Shown piece after piece: positions 49,044-59,378 of a stretch of 64,000 nt of DNA (positions are counted from its first letter, which is position 1; every line of letters starts with the position of its first letter). This DNA comes from Syntrophorhabdaceae bacterium. GTDB taxonomy: Bacteria; Desulfobacterota; Syntrophorhabdia; Syntrophorhabdales; Syntrophorhabdaceae. The stretch spans positions 896,001-960,000 of the forward strand of contig OY762209.1 in assembly GCA_963665295.1 (NCBI GenBank). Reading direction: 5' to 3'. The notes under the pieces were generated by a model. That model saw nothing but the letters and a program-made list of their open reading frames with translations. It had not been told where the DNA came from and did not search any database. Both the position numbers and the translations under genes were made by a program.

Positions 49044-50642
49044 TCACGACACTTTCTTGTTGATGTAGTACTGCTGGGCTATCGATATGACGTTGTTTAC
49101 GAGCCAGTAAAGCACGAGGCCCGATGGAAAGCCCCAGAAGATAAAAGTGAAGACTATGGGCATGGCGAGCATTATCTTTTCCTGCATGGGATCAACGCTC
49201 GTGGGAGTCATTTTCTGCTGGATCACCTGGGTTACGCCCATGACGAGGGGCAGAATCCTGATGGGCAGCGCAAAACCCGCGACGTGCATGGTGAAGAGGT
49301 CCTCCGGCGCCGAGAGGTCGTTAATCCAGAACATAAAAGGGGCGTGGCGAAGTTCGATCGCCGCGGACAGGGCCCGGTAAAGGGCAAAGAAGACGGGAAT
49401 CTGGATAACCATGGGCAGGCAGCCGCCCATGGGGTTTATGCCTTTCTTCTTGTAAAGCTCCATGATTTCCTGGTTCAGCTTCGCTTTGTCGTCCTTGTAC
49501 TTCTCTTTGAGCTTTGCAAGGATGGGCTGGGTCTTCTGCATCTCCTTCATCGATTTGTAGCTCTTTACGCTCAAGGGGTAGAAGATGATCTTGATGAGAA
49601 TGGTGAGAAGTATTATGTCGATCCCATAGTTATGGGTAACCTTGTTGCAGTAATTCATACCGATTACCATGGGCTTCGCGAGAATGTCGAACCAGCCGAA
49701 ATCAACTATCTTTTCCGCTCCCACGTTGAGGGTCTTCAACACGTCCGTCTTCTTGGGTCCGAAATACATCTTACCCGTTGCAACTCCGCCCGTCATGGCG
49801 AGGCGGATCACGGGAATGCCGTTCTCCCCTTTCAGCACCGTGGCAGGGGCCTGGAAATCCTGGCCCGGGATCCAAATGAAGGCGAAAAACCCGTCGTCGA
49901 GGCCGACGTACCTGAATGTCTTGTCGAGGTCCACGTTCTTGTCAAGCTTGTCCACCTGTTCGAACTTGCCGCCCGCGAGGTAGAAGGGCCCTTTGAAGGT
50001 GTATGAAGACTCCTGGGTGGGGGTGATGGCCGCGAAATCCATGAGGGGCTTATTGGCGTCGGCCCCCTCCACCTGAACCTTCATGTCGATGGTGTACGTT
50101 CCGGGGTTAAAGGTGTATATCTTCTTTACCAACCGTCCGTCCGTCAGCCTTCCGGTCATGACGAGGGTCTCGGGTTTGTCCGCCACCGTCACCTTATCCC
50201 TGTCGGATTTGAAAATGGTCTTGTCACTGTCCGTCCCGGTGCTTACGGCGGCAAACACCTTCGGTATATAAACGTAAGGTTTCACGTCCTCGATCATTTC
50301 CTTGTACGCGGGTCCCTTCACCGTTTGTTTGTACTTCTTGAGCTGGACGCTGCGAATCCCGCCTCCGAGGTCGGTGAGGGCTATCTTCAGCATGTCCGTT
50401 TCTACGATAATCTCTTTTGTGGCCTTCTGTTCGGCCTTCTGCCCGGAGACCGGGGTCGCCGCAGGGAGGTTGGCGGCGGATGGGGAGGCTGCGCTCTTTT
50501 CTTCACCCTTCTGGGTGGCCTGTTGAGCATTCTGCACGGGTGCGGTCGCCGGTTTGGGCGGCTCCTTGGGGCTGAAATACATCTGAAAGAAAAACAGTAA
50601 TACTATAGTCAAGCCAAGTGCTACTATGGTTCTCTTCTCCAT
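49044..50642 (-). CDS. yidC: Membrane protein insertase
   Basis: NPMGGCLP, WINDLSAP and GLVLYW motifs. Confidence 0.97.
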   Translation of the reverse strand: MEKRTIVALGLTIVLLFFFQMYFSPKEPPKPATAPVQNAQQATQKGEEKSAASPSAANLPAATPVSGQKAEQKATKEIIVETDMLKIALTDLGGGIRSVQLKKYKQTVKGPAYKEMIEDVKPYVYIPKVFAAVSTGTDSDKTIFKSDRDKVTVADKPETLVMTGRLTDGRLVKKIYTFNPGTYTIDMKVQVEGADANKPLMDFAAITPTQESSYTFKGPFYLAGGKFEQVDKLDKNVDLDKTFRYVGLDDGFFAFIWIPGQDFQAPATVLKGENGIPVIRLAMTGGVATGKMYFGPKKTDVLKTLNVGAEKIVDFGWFDILAKPMVIGMNYCNKVTHNYGIDIILLTILIKIIFYPLSVKSYKSMKEMQKTQPILAKLKEKYKDDKAKLNQEIMELYKKKGINPMGGCLPMVIQIPVFFALYRALSAAIELRHAPFMFWINDLSAPEDLFTMHVAGFALPIRILPLVMGVTQVIQQKMTPTSVDPMQEKIMLAMPIVFTFIFWGFPSGLVLYWLVNNVISIAQQYYINKKVS

Positions 50643-50654
50643 TAATTACCTCCG

Positions 50655-50864
50655 TTATTTGACCGGGTCATATCCGCCCGGATGAAAGGGGTTGCATTTC
50701 AGAATTCGCCTGAGGCCGAGGATCGCGCCTTTCAGCACGCCTTTCTTTTCTATGGCCTCTTTCATGTAGCAGGAACAAGTGGGATAAAACCTGCATTGGG
50801 TGGGAACAAACGGGGAAACAAGGAGCCCGTATACATCGAGCATACCTAAAAGAAGATTCTTCAC
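50655..50864 (-). CDS. yidD: Membrane protein insertion efficiency factor
   Basis: CRFYPTCS and CNPFHPGGYDPV motifs. Confidence 0.95.
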   Translation of the reverse strand: MKNLLLGMLDVYGLLVSPFVPTQCRFYPTCSCYMKEAIEKKGVLKGAILGLRRILKCNPFHPGGYDPVK

Positions 50865-51202
50865 TAGCGAATTGTCACGTTGAGTAATAGTCGCTGGAGT
50901 TCTTCGCTCGTATCTTTCCATTTTATGTTTGGCGGCATCTTTTTTACTTTTATAAGGCTGTCGGAGCAATCCGCAAAAAGCTCCTTGTGAAGCCTGAAAA
51001 ATTCCTTTATGAGCCTTTTCATTCTATTCCGGACGACCGCCACCCCTGTCTTCTTGCGTACACCTATAGCGATCCTCTTCTCCGCGCACCGGTTTTTGTG
51101 TCCCAAAAGGAGAAAGTGCGCAGTTTCACCACGTCTCACCCATTTTATACCCCGAAAATCCCCCTTTTTCAATAACTCATTTTTCTTGAGCGTGTAGGTC
51201 AT
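50864..51202 (-). CDS. rnpA: RNase P protein component
   Basis: AVVRNRMKR (RNR motif) and synteny. Confidence 0.93.
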   Translation of the reverse strand: MTYTLKKNELLKKGDFRGIKWVRRGETAHFLLLGHKNRCAEKRIAIGVRKKTGVAVVRNRMKRLIKEFFRLHKELFADCSDSLIKVKKMPPNIKWKDTSEELQRLLLNVTIR

Positions 51203-51294
51203 TTTGGGTGTGTATGGGTAAAATTTTTCTAATGGTGGATAAAATGCAAAAACCCGTGAGGCATCCGACTATCCACAGGGGAACTCCCCGCGCA

Positions 51295-51429
51295 TCACGC
51301 AGAGAGTGTCTTTCTTCCCTTTGCCCGCCTTCTCCTGATTACATCCCGTCCTGAGGCAGTCCTCATCCTTACAAGAAATCCATGTGTCCTTTTTCTGCTC
51401 TTGACGTGAGGTTGGTATGTTCTCTTCAT
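51295..51429 (-). CDS. rpmH: 50S ribosomal protein L34
   Basis: MKRTYQP...HGFLVRM...RRRAKGR. Confidence 0.97.
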   Translation of the reverse strand: MKRTYQPHVKSRKRTHGFLVRMRTASGRDVIRRRRAKGRKTLSA

Positions 51430-51626
51430 GTTTTCACCCCGATATATTTTGAAGTTATTACTTAAACATACTATGTCCCGCAATGTCAATCAATACAAAC
51501 ACCCGGACCAGGGCCAAATTCGCGTGGCCGCCCACGCGGACCGTTTGTCGGCATTATAATGTTCCGGGGAAGCAACGATCATGGCAAAAACACAGGCCGG
51601 TATCCACTATCCATACTTTCCGGCAC

Positions 51627-54575
51627 CTATCGCGCCTTCATACCTTCGAGAAAACCCTTTAACATCTTCGTATGGGGATGATCCAACCCGAGAGCGTTTT
51701 TGAATATTTCATAGGCCCTCGTCCATAGATCCCGGGCCTTGTCATAGTCGCCTATATCCCTGTACACATTGGCCAGATTCAACCGGATTGTTGCGACATT
51801 CGGGTGATCGGGACCGAAGTTTTTCAGGCCGGATTCCAGGGCCTGTTCCAGTAAATCCCGGGCTTTTTCGTAGTCGCCTAAATTCCCGTACACATTGGCC
51901 AGATTCGACTGCCTTGTTGCGACGTCCGGGTGATCGGGACCGAAGTTTTTCAGGACGGATTCGAGGGCCTGCTTTAGTAAATCCCGGGCTTTTTCGTAGT
52001 CGCCTAAATTCCCGTACACGATGGCCAGATTCGACCGGATTGTTGCGACATCCGGGTGATCGGGACCGAAGTTTTTCAGGACGGATTCGAGGGCCTGCTT
52101 TAGTAAATCCCGGGCTTTTTCGTAGTCGCCTAAATTCCCGTACACGATGGCCAGATTCGACCGGATTGTTGCGACATCCGGGTGATCGGGACCGAAGTTT
52201 TTCAGGACGGATTCGAGGGCCTGCTTTAGTAAATCCCGGGCCTTTTCGTAGTGGCCTAAATCCCTGTACACGATGGCCAGATTCGACCGGCTTGTTGCGA
52301 CTGTCGGGTGATCGGGGCCGAAGTTTTTCAGGTCGGATTCGAGGGCCTGTTCCAGTAAATCCCGGGCCTTTTCGTAGTCGCCTAAATCCCTGTACACATT
52401 GGCCAGATTCGACTGCCTTGTTGCGACTGTCGGGTGATCGGGGCCGAAGTTTTTCAGGTCGGATTCGAGGGCCTGCTTTAGTAAATCCCGGGCTTTTTCG
52501 TAGTCGCCTAAATTCCCGTACACATTGGCCAGATTCGACTGCCTTGTTGCGACTGTCGGGTGATCGGGGCCGAAGTTTTTCAGGTCGGATTCGAGGGCCT
52601 GTTCCAGTAAATCCCGGGCCTTTTCGTAGTCGCCTAAATCCCTGTACACATTGGCCAGATTCGACCGGCTTATTGCGACTGTCGGGTGATCGGGGCCGAA
52701 GTTTTTCAGGACGGATTCGAGGGCCTGCTTTAGTAAATCCCGGGCTTTTTCGTAGTCGCCTAAGTCCTTGTACACATTGGCCAGATTTAACTGCCCTATT
52801 GCGACATTCGGCTGATCGGGGCCGAAGTTTTTCAGCTCGGATTCGAGGGCCTGTTCGAGTAAATCCCTGGCTTTTTCGTAGTCGCCCAACTCTGAGCATC
52901 TTAGTCCCAGATTATGCCTCAATACCGACATCCTGGGAGAGTCATCGGCGGGGAACAGTCTCGCAATCGCATCTCCGTAGGGGATGAATGGAAATTTGTC
53001 TATCGGGTTTTCCTTTGCCTGGTCAAGGTCAAGCAACTCCGCTACCGCCGGCAGGAGCAGCTCGATATCGCTCAGCGCCACGTTCAATTGCGGCTTTAAC
53101 GCTTCCGCCAGAACGGCGTGCATCTTGTACGAGTCTCTTCCTTCATTCTTGAGAAGGAACCCTTTTTCGTAAAGACTCTCCAGGGTGGAGGGGAAGTCCT
53201 CCTCCCAATCGAGCTCCCCTGTACTCAAAAGGCGGGACAGAAGACCGTATTCGACCCAGGCGTTGGGGAGGCACACGAACTGCTTCAGGAGCCATATCCG
53301 GCGGTCCCCCAGGTTGCTTGTCCTGAATATGTCGGTCAGGTAGGACTGTATTCTTTCGATCTTCCCGTGTTTGGAGTGGAAGGTGGTCACATGTGCCCTT
53401 GCATCGGTCCCGATGGCCTTCAGGACCTTGTCGAAATCCCAGCGGTTCTGCTTCGCCGATTTCGCGAGCACCTCTATGGTCAGGGTGTGGAGCTCCACAT
53501 GGTTCACGATGCGCCTTACTTCATCGGGGATGAATGCCCCGTTGTGTCTTGCGAACAAGGCCATGGCATCGTCTTCACCCAGAAAATCGATGTCCATGAT
53601 ATGGAAAGGGGCGACCCGTTCGCGGGACGTGACCAGCACGTGCCAGTTCGGGGCCTTCGGAAGCCTGTCGTAATATTTCCCTATCTCCTCCGACGCGTTG
53701 TCCATAACGAGGAGGTTCTTCTTTTCCCCTTTCAGATTGCGGAGCACGTTGAGGCAAGCCTCGACCTGGTTTCCCGGCTCCACGTCCCCGACGTTCAGAT
53801 TTGCATGGAGGGTATATTCCGCCATGACGGCCTCCTCCAGGGAGCCCTCCATGGTGAGCCACCCGATATGGTCGTAATCGTCATAGTACCTGTCGATATA
53901 GGCCCCTGCGAGGGTGGTCTTGCCGATGCCTCCCATACCGTTGATGAGAGCGGTTTCGCTTTTCCGGAGCAAGGCTTCGCGAAGGGCTTCGAGGTCTTTA
54001 TCACGGCCTATGATCTCCCGGGCGGGGATTCTGTTGAGCGCCGTGAGTTCCTTCGGGGCGATTGCGGAGCGGGGAAGCTCCATCCCTCTCTTTATTTCTT
54101 CCGTGTTTTCGAGCAGCCTGTCCAGCTTGCCGTCCATGTCCGCAAATCTCTCCGATATACGGAATATTTCCTCCTGATACCCCTCCTGAAGGGCAAGCTT
54201 CCTCAGTTCATCGTCTGCCTTCAGGTTCTCCTCGAAGGCCGTGAGGAAGGCCCGTATCGCCTCCGTGCCGGGGGCGGCAATGTTCACGTGCGCCCGCAGG
54301 GCGCTTTCTATTCTCCCCCTGTCGGGCATATCCCCGTCATTCCCGAAGAGTCTGTATTTCAACAGCTCGTCCACAAAGACCCGGGACTCGTAAAAGACGA
54401 CCCCTTCAACGGGTTTCGGGAGTGTCCTGCTGAAATCATCAATGGTTTTGTCTATTATCCCTGCGAGCCTCCTTTCGAAAGTTTCCCGGTTCTTGTCGGG
54501 AAACCAGTCCAGGCCCTTCTTGATGGAATACCCCGCGACTTGCCGGGCGATAAATGTTCCGATTGCATCCAGCAT
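51627..54575 (-). CDS. STAND/NB-ARC-like NTPase with C-terminal 42-aa TPR repeats (NLR-like)
   Basis: IIGR, GMGGIGKTT, LLVMDNA, LVTSR and MH motifs. Nine near-identical TPRs plus a capping unit. Confidence 0.9.
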   Translation of the reverse strand: MLDAIGTFIARQVAGYSIKKGLDWFPDKNRETFERRLAGIIDKTIDDFSRTLPKPVEGVVFYESRVFVDELLKYRLFGNDGDMPDRGRIESALRAHVNIAAPGTEAIRAFLTAFEENLKADDELRKLALQEGYQEEIFRISERFADMDGKLDRLLENTEEIKRGMELPRSAIAPKELTALNRIPAREIIGRDKDLEALREALLRKSETALINGMGGIGKTTLAGAYIDRYYDDYDHIGWLTMEGSLEEAVMAEYTLHANLNVGDVEPGNQVEACLNVLRNLKGEKKNLLVMDNASEEIGKYYDRLPKAPNWHVLVTSRERVAPFHIMDIDFLGEDDAMALFARHNGAFIPDEVRRIVNHVELHTLTIEVLAKSAKQNRWDFDKVLKAIGTDARAHVTTFHSKHGKIERIQSYLTDIFRTSNLGDRRIWLLKQFVCLPNAWVEYGLLSRLLSTGELDWEEDFPSTLESLYEKGFLLKNEGRDSYKMHAVLAEALKPQLNVALSDIELLLPAVAELLDLDQAKENPIDKFPFIPYGDAIARLFPADDSPRMSVLRHNLGLRCSELGDYEKARDLLEQALESELKNFGPDQPNVAIGQLNLANVYKDLGDYEKARDLLKQALESVLKNFGPDHPTVAISRSNLANVYRDLGDYEKARDLLEQALESDLKNFGPDHPTVATRQSNLANVYGNLGDYEKARDLLKQALESDLKNFGPDHPTVATRQSNLANVYRDLGDYEKARDLLEQALESDLKNFGPDHPTVATSRSNLAIVYRDLGHYEKARDLLKQALESVLKNFGPDHPDVATIRSNLAIVYGNLGDYEKARDLLKQALESVLKNFGPDHPDVATIRSNLAIVYGNLGDYEKARDLLKQALESVLKNFGPDHPDVATRQSNLANVYGNLGDYEKARDLLEQALESGLKNFGPDHPNVATIRLNLANVYRDIGDYDKARDLWTRAYEIFKNALGLDHPHTKMLKGFLEGMKAR
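51757..52890 (-). repeat. 126-bp tandem repeat, 9 units (TPR coding)
   Basis: TTTTCGTAGT and CCGAAGTTTTTCAG recur every 126 bp. Confidence 0.95.
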
Positions 54576-54809
54576 GAGCGCACATCCCCCTTCATGTGAT
54601 CCCGTCTCACATCCGCGTGAGGAGGCACAATCCGCATTTTCATGGGAAGACAGCTGATTGGTCCTGCAACTACTCTACATTAGCACGTTCCCCCCGATCA
54701 ACAAAATTCCGGGGGAGGGCTTCACCTTTATCCGCGCTGCGGCGGCGTTGGAGGTAACGCCGGCCCCATCATGCGCCCCTTCCACGGCGACTCCCCCAGC
54801 CGTCCGTCC

Positions 54810-56201
54810 TCACTTGACCGGTTGCCTTACCAGGTAGATGGACCGCGCCTTCTGGGCGAGGTAGTGGATCGAGTCCGGTGAGTCGAAAACAATCCTCCCT
54901 TCCCTGAACATGCTGTCATATTGGGGCCCTTCGTTTCCGTCTACCACCACCGACCATTTATCACCGTTTTTCGCGCCATAGGCCAGATGGGCGCTGTCAG
55001 GGCTGAACACGGGCGATGTCACCTGGTCGTACCGCGAGTCTTCCCTTCCGTCCATGACCACGAATTGCTTGGCCCCCGATTTGGCGGTATAGGCCATGTG
55101 GGCGCTATCGGGGCTGAAGACGATGGACTCGTTCCCTATTCCGTCATATCCTCCTTCTTCCTTTCCGTCCACAACCACAAAGGGTCTCGTTCGAAAGCCC
55201 ACCTGCGCGGCATAGGCGTTGCGTGTGCTGTTGGGGCTGAAGATAAGACTGTTTTTCGCGATATGGTCGTATTGTTTTCCTTCCTTTCCGTCCATGACCA
55301 CGAACTGCTTGGCCCCCGATTTGGCGGTATAGGCCATGTGGGCACTATCGGGGCTGAAGACAAGGATACCCACGCCTTCATATGGCTTCTCTTCCTTTCC
55401 GTCAAGGACCACACTATATCGGACGCCTGTTTTTGCCACATACGCCAGGCGCTTGCTGTCGGGGCTGAACACAAGCCCGCCCTCCGCTACGCCATCATAT
55501 GGCTTCTCTTCCTTTCCGTTCACCACGACAAACTGTTTCTTGCCCGATTTGGCCATATAGGCCACCCGTGTGCTGTCGGGGCTGAAAGCGATCCTGCGGA
55601 TTTCGTCATACCGCTTCCCTTGCTTCCCGTCAATCACTGCAATCTGCCCCTTGGCCGCCTTGGCCGCGTAGGCCACGCGTCTGCTGTCGGGGCTGAAGAC
55701 GAGGGGCTCATTCGTTATCTCCAAATAGCTCTTTCCCTCTTTTCCGTCTATTACCACGCACCATTTGGCGTCCTTTTTCGCCCCGTATGCCACCCGTTTG
55801 CTGTCGGGGCTAAAGACGGGAGCGGTTATGGCGTCGTAGCCCTTATCCTCTTTTCCGTCTATGACCACGCACCATTTGGCGCCCTTTTTCGCCCCGTATG
55901 CCACCCTCCTGCTGTCGGGACTGAAAACGATCATGTTTCTCCACACACCGCCGTAACGCTTCCCTCCCGCTCCATCGATCTCCACGACAAACTGATCATT
56001 CTCCCTTTTGGCGACACACGCAACACGGGCGCTGTCAGGGCTGACCGTAAGGCTCGCGAGGACAAGGGAAGGATCCATTTCGGCGATAAATTTTTCGGGA
56101 TCGGGGTCCATGGCGGCCTTCTCCGCCCCATGGGCCGGTACACAGCAAAAGGCAAAGAAAAGGGCCAAAGAGATGGTCACCAGATTTCTTCCGTGCATCA
56201 C
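54810..56201 (-). CDS. Secreted PD40/WD40-like beta-propeller repeat protein
   Basis: Signal peptide and about 10 FSPDSxxxAY...VVxDGKE repeats. Confidence 0.85.
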   Translation of the reverse strand: MMHGRNLVTISLALFFAFCCVPAHGAEKAAMDPDPEKFIAEMDPSLVLASLTVSPDSARVACVAKRENDQFVVEIDGAGGKRYGGVWRNMIVFSPDSRRVAYGAKKGAKWCVVIDGKEDKGYDAITAPVFSPDSKRVAYGAKKDAKWCVVIDGKEGKSYLEITNEPLVFSPDSRRVAYAAKAAKGQIAVIDGKQGKRYDEIRRIAFSPDSTRVAYMAKSGKKQFVVVNGKEEKPYDGVAEGGLVFSPDSKRLAYVAKTGVRYSVVLDGKEEKPYEGVGILVFSPDSAHMAYTAKSGAKQFVVMDGKEGKQYDHIAKNSLIFSPNSTRNAYAAQVGFRTRPFVVVDGKEEGGYDGIGNESIVFSPDSAHMAYTAKSGAKQFVVMDGREDSRYDQVTSPVFSPDSAHLAYGAKNGDKWSVVVDGNEGPQYDSMFREGRIVFDSPDSIHYLAQKARSIYLVRQPVK

Positions 56202-56425
56202 GGCATACCTCCTGTTTTTTTCAATTCATTCCGGCATTCAAGCCATCCCGGGCACGATTGCGCCGCCTCCGGGACATGGTTTAAGGTAAGTCTTCGATCA
56301 GAAGTTGGCAAGGACTGCATGGTTTTGAAATGAGGGTCTTCCGGGCACGTCAATGGCTGCGTAGCCCTTGCCCTTTTCCGGAAGTCAACCGACGATCCTC
56401 TTATGTTTCCGTAATTCCTTGTCCT

Positions 56426-57070
56426 CTATCGGGACCCGGCGCCGCAACGGGCCGCCATCTCTTCACACCCCCCGAGGTTCTTCAGGATCGAGGACCGGTA
56501 CGCATCCTGTGGCCAGCAGCAGAAGACTTTAAGGCCTTCCTCTTCCAGGATGGGGCCGACCCATTCAAGGCTCTTATCGGTGCTTTGATAGAGTTGGTCG
56601 CAGTGAAGACTGTTGTCCTTCAGTCCCGTCAACTTGACCAGGCCCTCATAGGAAACACCGTACACGACTTTCCTGATGCCCGAGTACCACATCCCCGCGC
56701 AGCAGAGCATGCAGGGTGCGGTGCTGGCATACATTGTGCTCTCTCCGAGCACCTTGGGTGAGAACTCCCGCCTCGCCCTGACCATGAGGTTCATTTCCGC
56801 GTGACGGCTGCTGTCCTTGTCGGTGTAGACCGTATTCTCGGTGGTGAGGATGACTTTGCCTTGATGGACCAGAAGGGCGCCGAAGGTGTGGTTGCCGTTC
56901 TTTCCGGAACTGATGGCCAGGTCAAAAGCCTGTCGCATGAATCGTTCATCATCTGCGGCCATGGCCGCCTTTTGTCCGGGTGAAGCGGTTTCATCGCCGG
57001 CCATGGCCGGGAAAACGGACAGAAAGAGAAGGAGGGTTGATAAAATGGTGACGAGTACGCGCACTTTCAT
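56426..57070 (-). CDS. Zn-dependent nucleoside/nucleobase deaminase with a signal peptide
   Basis: FGALLV, HAE and PCMLC motifs. N-terminal hydrophobic segment ending AMA. Confidence 0.88.
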   Translation of the reverse strand: MKVRVLVTILSTLLLFLSVFPAMAGDETASPGQKAAMAADDERFMRQAFDLAISSGKNGNHTFGALLVHQGKVILTTENTVYTDKDSSRHAEMNLMVRARREFSPKVLGESTMYASTAPCMLCCAGMWYSGIRKVVYGVSYEGLVKLTGLKDNSLHCDQLYQSTDKSLEWVGPILEEEGLKVFCCWPQDAYRSSILKNLGGCEEMAARCGAGSR

Positions 57071-57309
57071 GTCAAGCGCTCCTTTTCGGATGTATTTTAC
57101 CTTTGCCCACTATCGGCCGGGAGCGCCATCCTCCGCTCGGCCCTTCAGCGTTTCCATCAAGCCCGTGAGCCTTCCCGAGCCTCTTTCCCCATCCAACCAT
57201 GAATATCCTATCATATGGAGGCGAGAAACAGCCAAACTCTTTCGGACAATTTCCGGCGCCCATTGCGTGGCTCACCCCCCTTCATGGCGCGCCTCAGGTT
57301 TCCGGTCCC

Positions 57310-58491
57310 TCATGACGTCTTCCTCCGGAAGAGTGTCCCCACGAGGCCTGCCGCAACGAGACTTATGGAGACGATAAAGAAGAACAGCGGCCTATAGCCT
57401 TCATGGGATAGTATCATTCCTCCTGCAAAGGGACCCGCAAAGAAACCCGCCTGCATCATGAGTAAAGAGAGATTCAGATTCATGCTCCTGAGGTGAGGTT
57501 CCGACACATCGAACATGAGGGCGATGACCACGGGCATGGCAATCCCCCACCCGAGTCCCGCGAACAGGGCCAGTACATAAAACGTCCCGGGGCGGCAGAA
57601 GGCGCCGAGGGCCCAATACACGGCGGCAAGTCCCGCCAGGGAGACGCCGGTGAGGACTGCCTTATTGAAGCGATCAAAGAAGGCCGACCCCGCGATCCTC
57701 ACGCCTATCATGGCCATGGTGGCGATGGTGAAAAAGAAGCCGGGGTTTTCTATACCTTTTCCAAGGGCATACCCCTTGAGAAAGAAGAAGACGATCGTGT
57801 AAGAGGTATAGAGCAGGAACTGCACCATAAGGAGGGTTGCCGTCTTCCGGTCTCTGAGATCGGCGAGCAGGTCCCTCATGTGGGTGGCGCGGACGCCTGC
57901 AGGGCCTGCCGTCCCTTCCCGCAACGCGGGCTTCAGGGCGAGGACCGCAAGGGGGGCAAGGAACATGACGAGACCCCCGAGGACCAGGATATGCCTGAAT
58001 TCCGCCGGTTTTTCACCTACGAACCCTACGAGGGGAGGGATTATGGAATAAGGGAGAAGCCGGATCACGGATATAAGACCGAAGGCCCGGCCGCTTTTCT
58101 CCCGGGGTATGTATATGGTTAACATTGCCATGATGGCAGAGACGAGGCAGACAAAGGCAGCGCCGTGGATTATACGCACTATTGCGAGAGTTACCACATG
58201 GAAGGCGAAACTGTAGGCGAACAAGGCAAGGGCCATTCCGAAGAGGGAGACCACGATCCACCTGCGGCCGTTCCCGCCGTTGAGGCGCACCGCGAGCACG
58301 GGCTGAAGAATGAAACTTGCGAGGGAGTCGGCCCCTATGAGGAACCCGAACCACCAGGAAGGGATGGGCAGGGTCTGCAGGTAGTGCTGGAACTGAAAGA
58401 AAAGGGCCATGACCGCGGCGGCGAGAAAGAAGACGAGGTTGAGGGCAACAAACTCCCTGGTAAAAAGCCTGTCGGGTTGCGGTCTTGTCAT
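57310..58491 (-). CDS. MFS transporter
   Basis: 12-TM pattern. ATGA overlap with the FAD subunit gene. Confidence 0.85.
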   Translation of the reverse strand: MTRPQPDRLFTREFVALNLVFFLAAAVMALFFQFQHYLQTLPIPSWWFGFLIGADSLASFILQPVLAVRLNGGNGRRWIVVSLFGMALALFAYSFAFHVVTLAIVRIIHGAAFVCLVSAIMAMLTIYIPREKSGRAFGLISVIRLLPYSIIPPLVGFVGEKPAEFRHILVLGGLVMFLAPLAVLALKPALREGTAGPAGVRATHMRDLLADLRDRKTATLLMVQFLLYTSYTIVFFFLKGYALGKGIENPGFFFTIATMAMIGVRIAGSAFFDRFNKAVLTGVSLAGLAAVYWALGAFCRPGTFYVLALFAGLGWGIAMPVVIALMFDVSEPHLRSMNLNLSLLMMQAGFFAGPFAGGMILSHEGYRPLFFFIVSISLVAAGLVGTLFRRKTS

Positions 58492-59378
58492 GGTGAGGCG
58501 GGACCTTCCTCCCTTCCCCGGCCTTTCCCGTCCTTTTCGCCCGGTCCGTACTCCGCGAGGCGCACCACGAGGTTTCCCGCCAACGCCCGCCTGTAGGACG
58601 CCCGCGCCCTTACGTCGTCGATGGGGGACACAGTCTTTTCGATGATGGGCGCGATCCTTTGAAGGCTCTCCCGGGTAAGGGGACAACCGACGAGGGCTTC
58701 CCCGGCCTCCCGCGAGGTCACCACGGTGGGGCCCACACTTCCCCAGGCAAAATCCGCCTTTTCCACAATCCCCGCATCCGTGGTCCTGACGAGGGCCGCA
58801 AAGCTCGCGATGGCGATAGCCAGCGCTTTTCTCTGTCCTACCTTCTCGAAGTGGCGGATGGCGGGGGAGTCGTCCTTTTTGATCCACACACCGTAGAGCA
58901 ACTCATTGTCCGCAAGGGCGGTCTTCCCCGGTCCCAGGATAAATTCGTGAATAGGCATCCGGCGGGATTCATTCCTTTTCCTCAGCTCCACTTCCGCGCC
59001 CAGGACGTAAAGGGGCGGCAGCGTGTCGCCCGCCGGTGAAGCGGTGCAGATGTTGCCCCCTATGGTGCCCATGTTCCTTACCGGGGGCGAGCCGAGCACG
59101 GGCAGGGCCTTCGCAAGGAGCGGGAGGTGGGCCTGAACGAGGGGGTGGGACAGAAGGCGTGTGTGGGTCGCCCGGGCCCCGATAAAGATGGCCCCCTCCC
59201 TTTCCTCGATCGATTGGAGCTCTGTAACGGCCTCGAGCCCGATGAGGGTCCGCGGATATCGGTCCGAGGCGCGCAGCTTTACGAAAAGGTCGGTGCCGCC
59301 GGCAAAGAAAAGGGCCGGGCCCCATTCCTCCTGCATGTCCCACAGTTCGCTCAAGGACCCGGGCAGATACATGTTCAT
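58488..59378 (-). CDS. Xanthine dehydrogenase-family FAD subunit
   Basis: AGGTD and RNMGTIGGN...SPAGD motifs. Confidence 0.92.
   Translation of the reverse strand: MNMYLPGSLSELWDMQEEWGPALFFAGGTDLFVKLRASDRYPRTLIGLEAVTELQSIEEREGAIFIGARATHTRLLSHPLVQAHLPLLAKALPVLGSPPVRNMGTIGGNICTASPAGDTLPPLYVLGAEVELRKRNESRRMPIHEFILGPGKTALADNELLYGVWIKKDDSPAIRHFEKVGQRKALAIAIASFAALVRTTDAGIVEKADFAWGSVGPTVVTSREAGEALVGCPLTRESLQRIAPIIEKTVSPIDDVRARASYRRALAGNLVVRLAEYGPGEKDGKGRGREEGPASP

Noticed and set aside
51742..52987. Two extra long ORFs over the TPR repeats, or a CRISPR-like array
   Set aside because: The open frames follow from repeating a stop-free 126-bp unit. There are no unique spacers and no cas genes.
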